A stretch of 64,000 nt of DNA, taken from contig CAWGVS010000004.1 of the NCBI GenBank assembly GCA_963826115.1, positions 128,001 through 192,000 on the forward strand. The letters are read 5' to 3'. Shown one piece after another: positions 55,198 through 64,000 of the stretch. The position numbers and the translations under genes are program-made. The first letter of the stretch is position 1; each line of letters opens with the position of its first letter. The DNA comes from an uncultured Candidatus Rokubacteria bacterium (GTDB lineage: Bacteria > Methylomirabilota > Methylomirabilia > Rokubacteriales > DASRDR01). Below the pieces are notes generated by a model. The model made no database searches and had not been told where the DNA came from. It saw only the letters and a program-made list of their open reading frames with translations.

Positions 55198-56804
55198 CCG
55201 GCCCCCGGGATGTCGTGGCCGGTGTGAGTCTGCTGCGACGCCTGCCCACGTTCCTTCGGAATCCGGTCACCACCATGGAGGCTCGGGCAACACTGCGCCG
55301 CCGTCTCGAGCGGCGCGAAGACGACTTCCTCTCGCTCCTCCGGAGCAGCGTGTACCCCAATCGAATCGGCCCCTACCGGCGCCTTCTCGACTACGCGGGG
55401 ATCGAGGACGGCGACGCGGAGCGCCTCGTCCGGCGAGAGGGCGTCGAGGGGGCCCTCCATGTTCTCCAGCGGGAGGGCGTCTATCTGACGCTGGACGAGT
55501 TCAAGGGCCGTCGCCCGGTGCGTCGTGGCAGCCTCGCGCTGACGCTGACTCCCGACGCGCTGCGAAACCTGAGGGCCTCGGTCCATGTGTTCTTCCATAC
55601 GAGTGGACGCACCGGGCCGTCCCAGGTCGTCGGCATCGACCTCGCTCAGATACGGCACGAAGGGGCAGACCTCAGGTTGTTCTTCGCCGCGCGTGGCGGC
55701 GATCGGTGGGTCCACGGTGTCTACGGAGTGCCGGGAAGCTCGATCGTGCGGGTCGTGATGCGTATCGGGAGCATCGGTGCTCCCCTAGTCCGCTGGTTCT
55801 CGCAGCTTGATCCGGCCGCGAGCGAACTGGACTCGCGATACCGATGGAGTGCGCGCATGATGCGTGTCGGCGGCGCGCTGGCGCGGGTGCCGATACCCGC
55901 GCCGGTTCACGTCCCGCTCGAGCACCCCCGGCCCATCGTCTCCTGGCTGACGGATGTGCTGGCTCGGGGTGAGACTCCGCACCTGTGGTCGTCCCCGAGC
56001 TCTGCGGTGCGAGTGTGCGAGGCCGCGAGCGCGGCCGGCGCCTGCCTCCGTGGGGCTCAGTTCACCCTGGTGGGCGAGCCGTTGACGGCGGCCCGGCTGG
56101 CGGCGATCCGGCGCGGAGGCGCGGAGGCGTCGTCCTACTACGGGAGCATGGAGACCGGACACGTCGCCTACTCGTGTCTGGCGCCCGGGCCGGCTGACGA
56201 CATGCACCTCATCCACGATCTCTATGCCGTGGTTCAGCCCCTCGATTGGACGGGGGCCCGGCCCCTTCCCCCCGAGCCAGATGTGGCGGCGGACGCGCTG
56301 TTCGTGTCGACCATCGGCCCGGCCGCGCCGTTCGTCATGCTAAACGTGTCCCTGGGTGACCGAGGGATCATCGAAGATCGTCACTGCGGGTGTGCCCTGG
56401 AGGCCCTGGGGTGGAGGAAGCATCTGCACACCATCCGGGGCCACGAGAAGGTTACTGCTGGCGGGTTGACTCTTGACGACGCCGACGTGGCTCGGGTGCT
56501 GGAGGAGGTCCTACCGTCTCGGTTCGGCGGGGTGCCGACCCACTACCAACTCGTGGAGGACGAAGACGAGCACGGCCACCCCCGCCTGAAACTGCTCGTG
56601 CATCCGGCTCTCGGAGAGATCAACACCGAGGCCGTTATCGAGGCCTTCCTGGACGCCGTGGGCCCGGGCACCGGCCCCGCTCGAGTGGTGGAGCTGGCTT
56701 GGCGGGCCGGCCGATTCCTCCAGGTCGAGCGCACCCCCCCGCGAGTGACGGGTGGCGGCAAGATCCTCCACCTGCTCGACGCTCGCCATCCGCGGTCGCG
56801 GTGA
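55194..56804 (+). CDS. Adenylate-forming enzyme, PaaK/CapK-like
   Basis: HTSGRTG (A3 P-loop), YGSMET (A5), SLGDRG (A7), CGC, GGKIL; TTG overlaps the hyuA stop. Confidence 0.7.
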   Translation: MTGPRDVVAGVSLLRRLPTFLRNPVTTMEARATLRRRLERREDDFLSLLRSSVYPNRIGPYRRLLDYAGIEDGDAERLVRREGVEGALHVLQREGVYLTLDEFKGRRPVRRGSLALTLTPDALRNLRASVHVFFHTSGRTGPSQVVGIDLAQIRHEGADLRLFFAARGGDRWVHGVYGVPGSSIVRVVMRIGSIGAPLVRWFSQLDPAASELDSRYRWSARMMRVGGALARVPIPAPVHVPLEHPRPIVSWLTDVLARGETPHLWSSPSSAVRVCEAASAAGACLRGAQFTLVGEPLTAARLAAIRRGGAEASSYYGSMETGHVAYSCLAPGPADDMHLIHDLYAVVQPLDWTGARPLPPEPDVAADALFVSTIGPAAPFVMLNVSLGDRGIIEDRHCGCALEALGWRKHLHTIRGHEKVTAGGLTLDDADVARVLEEVLPSRFGGVPTHYQLVEDEDEHGHPRLKLLVHPALGEINTEAVIEAFLDAVGPGTGPARVVELAWRAGRFLQVERTPPRVTGGGKILHLLDARHPRSR

Positions 56805-56810
56805 GGCGGC

Positions 56811-57770
56811 GTGACCCGGGATCGACCGCTGGTCTCCGTCGTCATTCCAACCATCGGCCGGCCCGATTGGGTCGTCAGGGCGGCCCGCAGCGCGCTCGCC
56901 CAGACCCTGCGGGCCATCGAGGTCATCGTCGTCGTGGACGGTCCCCACGAACCCACCACGCGGGCCCTTCGGCAGATCGAAGACGATGGGTTGCGCATCG
57001 TGGAACTCCTCCAATGGGTTGGGCTCGGTGGGGCGCGCAACGCCGGCGTCGCCACGGCCCGGGGTCGATGGGTCGCGCTCCTGGACGACGACGATGAGTG
57101 GCTTCCGCGCAAGCTGGAGATCCAGCTGCACACGGCGCAGCAGTCGGCGCGGACCTATCCCATCGTGTCCTGTCGCTTCATCGACCGGCGGCCCCACGGG
57201 GAGGCCGTCCTGCCCAGCCGCTTCCCGGAAAAGGACGAGGCGGTGAGCGAGTATCTCTTCTGCCTGAGGCGCCTGGTGGGCGGTGAGGGTGTCGTCCTTC
57301 CCTCGACCGTCCTCGCGGCGAGAGACCTCCTTGCGCGGGTTCCGTTCCGCTTCGCTCAGTTCGCCCACGAGGGGAGCGACTGGCTGCTTCGCGCCCTGCG
57401 CCAGGAGGGAGTCGGCCTCGAGTTCGTTCCCACCCACGAGCCGCTGGCCATCCGACACGCGGGGACACTTCGTACCCGGATGAGCAACACAACCGACTGG
57501 CGGACATCGCTCGCGTGGGCCGAAGACAACGCTCATTTGCTCACGCGCCGAGCGCACGCGGCCTTCATCCTGAAGCCAGCCAGCCTGGAGGCCCGGCGGG
57601 CGCGCGACGGCAGAGCCTTCTGGCGGCTCCTGTGGGAATCCTTCCGTCGAGGCCGCCCGACCGGAACCGGGATCCTGGTTCACGTCCTGATCTGGCTCGT
57701 GCCGGAGCGGGCGAGATTCAGGATCGCCGCCTTGGCCGGCGCCTTGATGAAGCGCCCCGTTTCCCGGTGA
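56811..57770 (+). CDS. Glycosyltransferase family 2
   Basis: VSVVIPT, VIVVVDG, ARNAG, LLDDDDEW.PRKL. Confidence 0.9.
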   Translation: MTRDRPLVSVVIPTIGRPDWVVRAARSALAQTLRAIEVIVVVDGPHEPTTRALRQIEDDGLRIVELLQWVGLGGARNAGVATARGRWVALLDDDDEWLPRKLEIQLHTAQQSARTYPIVSCRFIDRRPHGEAVLPSRFPEKDEAVSEYLFCLRRLVGGEGVVLPSTVLAARDLLARVPFRFAQFAHEGSDWLLRALRQEGVGLEFVPTHEPLAIRHAGTLRTRMSNTTDWRTSLAWAEDNAHLLTRRAHAAFILKPASLEARRARDGRAFWRLLWESFRRGRPTGTGILVHVLIWLVPERARFRIAALAGALMKRPVSR

Positions 57771-57789
57771 GTAGCTGGTTGCGACGGTC

Positions 57790-59523
57790 ATGAGCGCGAG
57801 TCGCCGCGCTGCCGCCGATCCCATCACCCTCGAGCTCGTCAAGAACGCGCTGGACGCGATCGTCGACGAGATGGCCATCGCGCTGGTGCGCACGGCCTAC
57901 TCGAACAATCTCAAGAACTCGATGGACATGTCGTGCGCCCTCTGTGACGCCGAGGGCCGGCTGATCGCCCAGGGACTGACGCTCCCGCTCCACCTCGGGT
58001 CCGTGCCGGACGCCATGGCGGCCGTCCGGCGGAAGTTCGGCGGGAAGATCCGGCCGGGCGACGTGTTCATCCTGAACGACCCATTCGAGGGCGGCACGCA
58101 CCTGCCGGACTTCTACATCATGAAGCCGATCCACGTGGGCGCAGACCTGGTGGGCTGGTCGGCGAGCATCGGCCACCAGCTGGACGTCGGCGGCAAGACG
58201 CCCGGTGGCAACGGCTGCGACGCGACCGAGATCTTCCAGGAGGGCCTCCGCATCCCGCCGGTGCGTCTCTACGACCGGGGCGAGCCGGTCGAGGCCGTCT
58301 TCGACTTCATCGACAAGAACGTGCGCGTACCCCGCCAGGTGCTCGGCGACGTCCGCTCGCAGGTGGCCGCGTGCCTCACGGGCGAGCGGGGCTATCTCGG
58401 CCTCCTCGAGCGCCACGGTCGCGAGGGGTTCCGCGCGTGCACGGACGCCCTCCTCGACCAGGCCGAGCGGCTCGCGCGGAACGCCATCAAGGCCATGCCC
58501 GACGGCGTCTACCGGTTCACCGATCACATCGACGAGGACGGCATCGACCCCGACCCGATCCCGATCGTGGTGGCGGTGACGGTGTCGGGTGACCGGCTGA
58601 TCGCGGACTTCACCGGCTCGGCGCCCCAGGTGAAGGGCGCCATCAACTCGCCGATCCCGTTCACGAAGTCGGCGGTCTACGCGTGCGTCCGCCACCTGAT
58701 CGGCGGCGACCCGCCGAACAACGAGGGCTACTTCCGCCCGATCGAGGTCGTGGCCCCGCCGGGCACGATCGTGAATCCCGTCCTGCCGGCGTCCGTCGCC
58801 GCGCGCGGCCTGACCGGCTTCCGGATCGCCAACACGGTCTTCGGCGCCCTTGCCCAGGTCGCGCCCGACCGCGTGTTCGCGTGCGAGGTCGGCGGCGACA
58901 CCGGCGTCTCGATCGGCGGCTACGACGCCGAGCGCCGGGCGTTCGTGTTCCTCGAGTTCCTGTTCGGCTCGTGGGGCGGCCGGCCGACCAAGGATGGCAT
59001 CGACGCCTGCAGCAGCTCGGTCGTGAACTTCTCCAACAACCCCATCGAGGTGATCGAGACCGAGTACCCGATCCGGATCCAGCGCTACGGCTACCTCCCG
59101 GACTCGGGCGGCGCCGGCCGGTTCCGCGGCGGTCTCGGGCTGGTCCGCGAGTACCGCTTCGAGGAAGCCGAGGGCACGCTGCAGCTCCGCACGGATCGCC
59201 GGCGCCACCTCCCGTACGGCCTCCAAGGCGGGCGCGACGGGACGCCGTCCCGGAACCTCCTGAATCCCGACACGCCCGCGGCCCGGGATCTGCCCGCGAA
59301 GTGCACGCTGACGCTCCGGCGGGGCGACGTCTTCCGCCACGTGTACGCCGGGCCCGGCGGCTGGGGCGATCCCCTGACGCGCGACCCCGAGCGCGTCCGC
59401 TGGGACGTGCTGGAGGAGAAGATCACGGTCGAGTACGCGCGCCGCGAGTACGGCGTGGCGCTCGACCCGACGACGCTGGAGATCCTGCCCGACGAGACTG
59501 CCCGTCTCCGCGCCGCCCACTGA
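57790..59523 (+). CDS. hyuB: Hydantoinase B / 5-oxoprolinase subunit
   Basis: DPITLE, VDEM, LHLG, NDPFEGGTHLPD, HQLDVGG, FQEG, SGGAG.FRGG, GGWGDP. Confidence 0.93.
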   Translation: MSASRRAAADPITLELVKNALDAIVDEMAIALVRTAYSNNLKNSMDMSCALCDAEGRLIAQGLTLPLHLGSVPDAMAAVRRKFGGKIRPGDVFILNDPFEGGTHLPDFYIMKPIHVGADLVGWSASIGHQLDVGGKTPGGNGCDATEIFQEGLRIPPVRLYDRGEPVEAVFDFIDKNVRVPRQVLGDVRSQVAACLTGERGYLGLLERHGREGFRACTDALLDQAERLARNAIKAMPDGVYRFTDHIDEDGIDPDPIPIVVAVTVSGDRLIADFTGSAPQVKGAINSPIPFTKSAVYACVRHLIGGDPPNNEGYFRPIEVVAPPGTIVNPVLPASVAARGLTGFRIANTVFGALAQVAPDRVFACEVGGDTGVSIGGYDAERRAFVFLEFLFGSWGGRPTKDGIDACSSSVVNFSNNPIEVIETEYPIRIQRYGYLPDSGGAGRFRGGLGLVREYRFEEAEGTLQLRTDRRRHLPYGLQGGRDGTPSRNLLNPDTPAARDLPAKCTLTLRRGDVFRHVYAGPGGWGDPLTRDPERVRWDVLEEKITVEYARREYGVALDPTTLEILPDETARLRAAH

Positions 59524-59540
59524 GGCGTCGGGGCCGCCCG

Positions 59541-59728
59541 GCCACCTTCCTTGGGGTCGGCACCCAGCTACCGACGCCGAGCTGGGGCGCGGTGCTGAAC
59601 GCCGGCCGCGAGTATCTCGAGATGGCGCCGTGGGTGAGTCTGGCGCCGCCATCTTCCTGACGCCGCTCGGCTTCTACTTCCTCGGCGCCGCCGTCCACGA
59701 CGCCCTCCACCCGCGCACGCAGGGCTGA
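59541..59728 (+). pseudogene. Frameshifted C-terminal remnant of a DppC/OppC-type ABC permease
   Basis: ATFLGVGTQLPTPSWGAVLNAGREYLEMAPWVSLAP, then in another frame AIFLTPLGFYFLGAAVHDALHPRTQG*; no start codon. Confidence 0.8.
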
Positions 59729-59757
59729 CGCGAGCGACACGCGCCCGCGCCCAAACG

Positions 59758-59787
59758 CGCAGCGGGCGGCTCGGGCCGCCCGCTGCG
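59758..59787. terminator. Perfect 13-bp hairpin between convergent genes
   Basis: CGCAGCGGGCGGC-TCGG-GCCGCCCGCTGCG; only a short T run on the minus side. Confidence 0.6.
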
Positions 59788-59815
59788 AGTGCGTGTGCGT
59801 GAGAGGTGGCACGGC

Positions 59816-60319
59816 CTAGCGGTCGGGGATGTAACGATCTCCCCAGTACATGCGCCCTTCTCGGTCGTAGCCGTAGACCGGATGGGCGGCCGTCGGTGTG
59901 AAGACGGGCGGCGCGGGCACGATGTGGCGCGGATGCTTCACGACGACCGGCACGGGCCGGTACACGACCCGCGGGGGCGTCCGGTACACCACCGGCGGCG
60001 GCGTGACGATCACCGTGGGCGGCGCCTGCACGATCACCGGCGCGGGCTGGTACACGACGGGCGGCGGGGGCGGCGCGTACACCACCGGCGGCGGCGCCGG
60101 CGCGTAGACGACGGGGGACGGTGCGGGCTGGTAGACCACCGGCGCCGGGACCGCGACCACGGGGCGCGGCAGGAGGGCGTCGAGGATGAGCGCCGCGCCG
60201 ACTCCCACGGCAACCCCCGCGAGGACCGCGGCCGCCTTGTCGCCCGCCTTCGCGGGCCGGGCCGCGCCCAGGAGCGCGACTGGCACGATCAGCGCTGCCG
60301 CCACCAGCATCTTCTTCAT
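59816..60319 (-). CDS. Secreted proline-rich protein with P(A/P)PVVY repeats
   Basis: MKKML signal, glycine-zipper-like helix, about 7 PVVY/PVIV repeats; GGAGG RBS. Confidence 0.8.
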   Translation of the reverse strand: MKKMLVAAALIVPVALLGAARPAKAGDKAAAVLAGVAVGVGAALILDALLPRPVVAVPAPVVYQPAPSPVVYAPAPPPVVYAPPPPPVVYQPAPVIVQAPPTVIVTPPPVVYRTPPRVVYRPVPVVVKHPRHIVPAPPVFTPTAAHPVYGYDREGRMYWGDRYIPDR

Positions 60320-60438
60320 GGTCGGTAGCCTCCTTTTCCTCTCGAGCGATTTGATGGGAGGGCAGGGGCCGGTATTCAGGCCTATTCCCCGGAGGCGGTT
60401 GCGTCTCGATGCGGTCCGGGATTCACTGGGCCGTCGCC

Positions 60439-61614
60439 ATGCGGAACCGGTGGGCCGTCCTCGCCCTCGTGGTCGTCGCGAGGACGGCGATGGGCTTCCA
60501 GTTCCAGTCCGTCGCGGCGGTCGGCCCGCTCCTGGTCGCGGATCTCGGACTCAGCTACGCGCAGCTCGGCACGCTGATCGGGCTCTACCTCCTGCCGGGC
60601 GTGGTCCTCTCGATGCCGGGCGGGATGGTCGGGGCGTGGCTCGGCGATCGCGTCATGGTGCTGTCGGGCCTGGGTCTCATGATCCTCGGGGGCGTCGGCC
60701 TTGCCGTCGGCGAGTCCTGGACGCTCGTGATGGGCGCGCGCCTCGCGAGCGGCGCGGGCGGCGTGCTCCTGAGCCTCCAGCTCACGAAGATCGTCACCGA
60801 CTGGTTCGCCGGGCGCGAGCTGGCGACGGCGCTCGGGGTGATGCTCGCCACGTGGCCGCTCGGCATCGCGCTCGGCCTGATCAGTCTCGGCGCGCTCGCC
60901 GCGGCGACCACGTGGCGCGCGGCGATGCTCGCGACCGCGATCTTCGCGGCGCTCGGGTTCGCGCTGATGCTGTTCCTCTACCGCGAGCTGCCGTCGAGAG
61001 CGCCGGAGCCCGGTCGCCCGACGGCGCGCTGGTGGACCCTGTCCGGCCGGGAGACCGCGCTCACCGTGGTGGGCGGCGTGGGGTGGGCCGCCCTCAACGC
61101 CGCCCTCATCCTGGTCCTGAGCTTCGGATCGAAGCTGCTGGTGGAGCGCGGCATGACGCCGACGCGGGCGAACCTCGTCGTCAGCTGGACCTCGCTCCTG
61201 AGCATCGCGACGGTGCCGCTCGGCGGCGCGCTCCTGGACCGCGTCCGCCGGCGCGACGCGGTGATTGCGGTCGGCATGGTCGGCGCCGCGGTCGCGTCCG
61301 GTGGGTTCGCGCTCGGCGGTCCGGCCGCGCTCTGGAGCGCGCTGGTCGGGCTCCTGATCGCTCCGGCGGCCGGCGTGGTGGCGCTGCCCGGCGAGGTCCT
61401 GTCGCCGCGGAGCCGGAGCACGGGCTTCGGGCTCTTCTACGGGCTTTCCTACGCGGGCATGGGCCTGGTCCCGGTCGTGGGTGGCGCCCTCGTCGATCGG
61501 CGCGGCGGCGCGGCCGCACTGTGGCTCGCGGCGGCCCTGTGGCTCACGACGATCGCTGCCCTCGGGCTCTTCCGGGCGCTCCAGCGGCGGTGGCTCAGGA
61601 CCGACGCAGCCTAG
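60439..61614 (+). CDS. MFS transporter
   Basis: About 12 TM helices; FQFQS, GAWLGDR, DWFAGRELATA, GALLDR. Confidence 0.9.
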   Translation: MRNRWAVLALVVVARTAMGFQFQSVAAVGPLLVADLGLSYAQLGTLIGLYLLPGVVLSMPGGMVGAWLGDRVMVLSGLGLMILGGVGLAVGESWTLVMGARLASGAGGVLLSLQLTKIVTDWFAGRELATALGVMLATWPLGIALGLISLGALAAATTWRAAMLATAIFAALGFALMLFLYRELPSRAPEPGRPTARWWTLSGRETALTVVGGVGWAALNAALILVLSFGSKLLVERGMTPTRANLVVSWTSLLSIATVPLGGALLDRVRRRDAVIAVGMVGAAVASGGFALGGPAALWSALVGLLIAPAAGVVALPGEVLSPRSRSTGFGLFYGLSYAGMGLVPVVGGALVDRRGGAAALWLAAALWLTTIAALGLFRALQRRWLRTDAA

Positions 61615-61674
61615 CGCCGTGGCGCCCCGCCGTTGCTTGTTGTCGGCGGCCCGGTGGTGGCAGACTAGGCGCGC

Positions 61675-62766
61675 ATGACAACCCTCAAGGAGTCGCCGTC
61701 CCCGCTCGCCGAGACGCCCGGCCTCATCTTCCACGGGATCAGCTTCGACCCGTCGAGCCATGCGGTCCGCTCGTTCGACCTGAGCGGTTTCGACGCCGAG
61801 CTGCAGGACCCGGCGGTGTTCTCCTGGATCGACATCGAGGCGCCGGACATCACGCCGCTCAACGAGGTCCTCCGACGGATCGACATCGACCTCGTGCTCG
61901 CGTCCCACTTCGACCGGCCGGAGGTGCTTCCGCGCATCGTGGAGCGGTCGAACTGCCTTGCCTTCTACCTCTATCCGATCTACGAGCCCGGGAGCCACCT
62001 CGACACCGCCCAGTCGATCGCGGAGATCGAGTTCGCCCGCATGATCCTCGTGCTCGGGACGGACTACGTCATCACGTACCATCGCCGGCGCCTGGACGCC
62101 GTGGACCAGATCAAGGCGGCGTGCGTCGACGCCTTCCAGCTCGCCGGGAAGACGCCGGGCTTCATCGCGTTCCTGTTCCTGCAGAGCTGTCTCTACGATT
62201 ACGCGCACCTCAACCTCGCCAACGACAACTACCTCGACCTCCTGGAGGCGGAATTGGCTTCCCAGGGCGGGGGAGGCGTGCCCGAGACGGCCACCGTCGC
62301 CGCCCGGAACATCTTGACGCTCAAGAAGCTGGCGGCGAGCCTCCACATCGTGCTGATGCTCCTTGGCACGAAGCGGAGCCGCTTCGTGAGCGATGACGGC
62401 CGGAATGCGTTCCTCGAGATGCTGCGAAACGCGCTCGCTATCCGCGAGGCCATCGACTCGTCCCGCGACCTCCTCGACGGGATCCTGGGCGGGGTCCAGG
62501 CGGCTGCGGCGAACCGGACGAGCGAGATCGCCCGGGTGCTCACCGTCGTGTCGAGCATCATGCTGCCCCTGACGCTGATCGCCGGCATCTACGGCATGAA
62601 CTTCGAGAACATGCCGGAGCTCAAGTGGGCGTTGGGCTACCCGGCCGCGCTCGGTGTCATGTTCGCGGTCGGGCTGGGGCTGCTCGGGGCGTTCTGGCGG
62701 CTCGGCTGGCTGCGCGGCAGCACGGCGCGTCCGCCGAGGGAGAAGAGGGCCGCCGGGTCCCGCTGA
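61675..62766 (+). CDS. corA: CorA family Mg2+/divalent cation transporter
   Basis: WIDIE, YVITYH, LTVVS..LPLTLIAGIYGMNFENMPELKW. Confidence 0.9.
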   Translation: MTTLKESPSPLAETPGLIFHGISFDPSSHAVRSFDLSGFDAELQDPAVFSWIDIEAPDITPLNEVLRRIDIDLVLASHFDRPEVLPRIVERSNCLAFYLYPIYEPGSHLDTAQSIAEIEFARMILVLGTDYVITYHRRRLDAVDQIKAACVDAFQLAGKTPGFIAFLFLQSCLYDYAHLNLANDNYLDLLEAELASQGGGGVPETATVAARNILTLKKLAASLHIVLMLLGTKRSRFVSDDGRNAFLEMLRNALAIREAIDSSRDLLDGILGGVQAAAANRTSEIARVLTVVSSIMLPLTLIAGIYGMNFENMPELKWALGYPAALGVMFAVGLGLLGAFWRLGWLRGSTARPPREKRAAGSR

Positions 62767-62814
62767 CCGTCACGAGCCTGGGCGGCGGTCCGGCGCGCGG
62801 CGCCCCGACTCGGC

Positions 62815-63369
62815 CTACGGCCCGATGCGCGCTCCCTTGAGGACGTCGTCCACCACGCCCTGGATCCGCGCGGCGCGGGCCTCCGTGGTCTGGTCGCGGA
62901 GGAGGGACCGCGTGGCGTAGTTCCGCATGCGGACCTTGTAGCCCTTGTTGTCGACGATGTCGATCAGGAGCGTGCCGGCCTCGAAGGAGTTCGGGTTCCC
63001 GGTGCTCGTATAGGCCTGCTGCGCCTTCTCGTGGAGCGCCCACGCGTCGTCGCTGTAGCCGAAGTAGTCGTTGATCGACCGCGTGGACACGTTGTCCCCG
63101 AGGATCACGAGGTAGGCGACGGTGACGTCGCCGCCGGTCGGCACCCGCTTCACGCCGCGGGCGGCGAGGTTCTTGGCGATCGCCTCCTGGATCATCGCGT
63201 GCACGGCCTCGCGCTGGTCGGCGTACGCGGGCGCCGGCTTCACGCCGCCGTCGACGAAGTTGAACGTGGCGGCGCGGATCGGGCCCGTGTCGACCTTGGT
63301 GGGGACTGACGCGCAACCGGCCAGGCCGAGGACGCCGGCGGCCAGAAGGAGACGGGAGAACCGCTTCAT
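62815..63369 (-). CDS. DUF4136-like lipoprotein
   Basis: Lipobox LAGC after MKRFSRLLL; EAGTLLIDIVD motif. Confidence 0.75.
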   Translation of the reverse strand: MKRFSRLLLAAGVLGLAGCASVPTKVDTGPIRAATFNFVDGGVKPAPAYADQREAVHAMIQEAIAKNLAARGVKRVPTGGDVTVAYLVILGDNVSTRSINDYFGYSDDAWALHEKAQQAYTSTGNPNSFEAGTLLIDIVDNKGYKVRMRNYATRSLLRDQTTEARAARIQGVVDDVLKGARIGP

Positions 63370-63504
63370 GGTCGATTGCTCTCCAGGGCTAAGGTTCGGG
63401 GCGCCCGCTTCGGGACGATCTGATCGTGCGCGCGCCCGCCGGGCAGTGTCAAGCAACGCATGTGCAATTGCGCCGGGTCGCCTTCTGGCCTAGTCTCCTC
63501 ACCC

Positions 63505-64000
63505 GTGGCCGAGATCATCGACCTCGAGACCGCCGCCCGCCTCGCGCGCGACGGCGACCACGTGCTGGTCGGCGGCTCCGGCGGCGGCCACGCCGTGCCC
63601 GAGGCGTGGATCGCGGCCCTGGCCGAGCGCTTCCGGACGACGGGGCGGCCGCGCGGCCTGTCGCTCATGAGCGTGGTCGCGCTCGGCGACTGGAAGACCA
63701 CGGGGTTCAGCCGACTCGCGCAGCCGGGTCTGGTGAAGCGCGTGGTCTCGGCGGGCTTCAACAACTGCCCTGCGATCGGGGCGATGGCGGCCCGGGACGA
63801 GATCGAGGCCTACACCTTGCCCCAGGGCGCGCTGTCGCAGCTCTGCCGGGACATGGCGGCGGGCCGGCCGGGCCTCGTGACGCGGACCGGTCTCCACACG
63901 TTCGTCGACCCGCGGCTCGGCGGCGGCAAGCAGAGCCCGCGCACGACCGAGGACCTGGTCGAGCTCCTCACGCTCCACGGCGAGGAGTACCTCTTCTACC
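63505..64000 (+). CDS. Acyl-CoA:acetate CoA-transferase (YdiF/Pct-like), 3' end runs off the window
   Basis: Translated by hand: GGSGGGHAVPE..GLVKRVV..EAYTLPQG..AAGRPGLVTRTGLHTFVDPRLGGGK..GEEYLFY. Confidence 0.88.
   Translation, partial: MAEIIDLETAARLARDGDHVLVGGSGGGHAVPEAWIAALAERFRTTGRPRGLSLMSVVALGDWKTTGFSRLAQPGLVKRVVSAGFNNCPAIGAMAARDEIEAYTLPQGALSQLCRDMAAGRPGLVTRTGLHTFVDPRLGGGKQSPRTTEDLVELLTLHGEEYLFY

Noticed and set aside
55194-57780. Calling the cassette a mobile element
   Set aside because: No transposase, integrase, terminal repeats or target duplication is visible; kept only as a finding.
59950-60165. Repetitive DNA as a possible CRISPR array
   Set aside because: It is the degenerate codon-level repeat of the Pro-rich protein; there is no constant repeat with unique spacers and no cas genes.
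63440-63475. Sigma54 promoter upstream of the lipoprotein gene
   Set aside because: TTGCAC-N5-TTGC lacks the invariant GG at -24.

Overview
Very GC-rich bacterial chromosomal DNA from a diderm (it encodes LptD). The gene style resembles Candidatus Rokubacteria/Methylomirabilota, but that is an impression, not a test. The left part (1-29.1 kb) is one minus-strand cell-envelope glycan super-locus of about 24 genes. In transcription order: lptD, DegT aminotransferase, two GDP-sugar SDRs, wzm/wzt, a coiled-coil methyltransferase, four GT4s, a methyltransferase, two Dpm1-like GT2s flanking two perosamine-synthase-like DegT genes, a large GT-C-like membrane protein, a radical SAM/SPASM enzyme, RmlC-like/SDR/RmlD, a GT4, and two more GT-C-like proteins. 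The right part is mostly metabolic: TetR/DinB; a CoA-transferase/crotonase/acyl-CoA dehydrogenase block; an MttB + corrinoid protein + homocysteine methyltransferase + HMG-CoA lyase operon; amidohydrolase, LLM, VOC and FAD oxidoreductase genes; a STAND adenylate cyclase; a secreted creatininase-like/YVTN pair; a hydantoinase A/B pair split by an adenylating-enzyme + GT2 cassette; then MFS, CorA, a DUF4136-like lipoprotein and a partial CoA transferase. I saw no rRNA, tRNA, CRISPR, integrase or transposase. Several genes look leaderless. All product calls come from motif recognition, not database searches, and start codons were re-picked by eye from overlaps and RBS.
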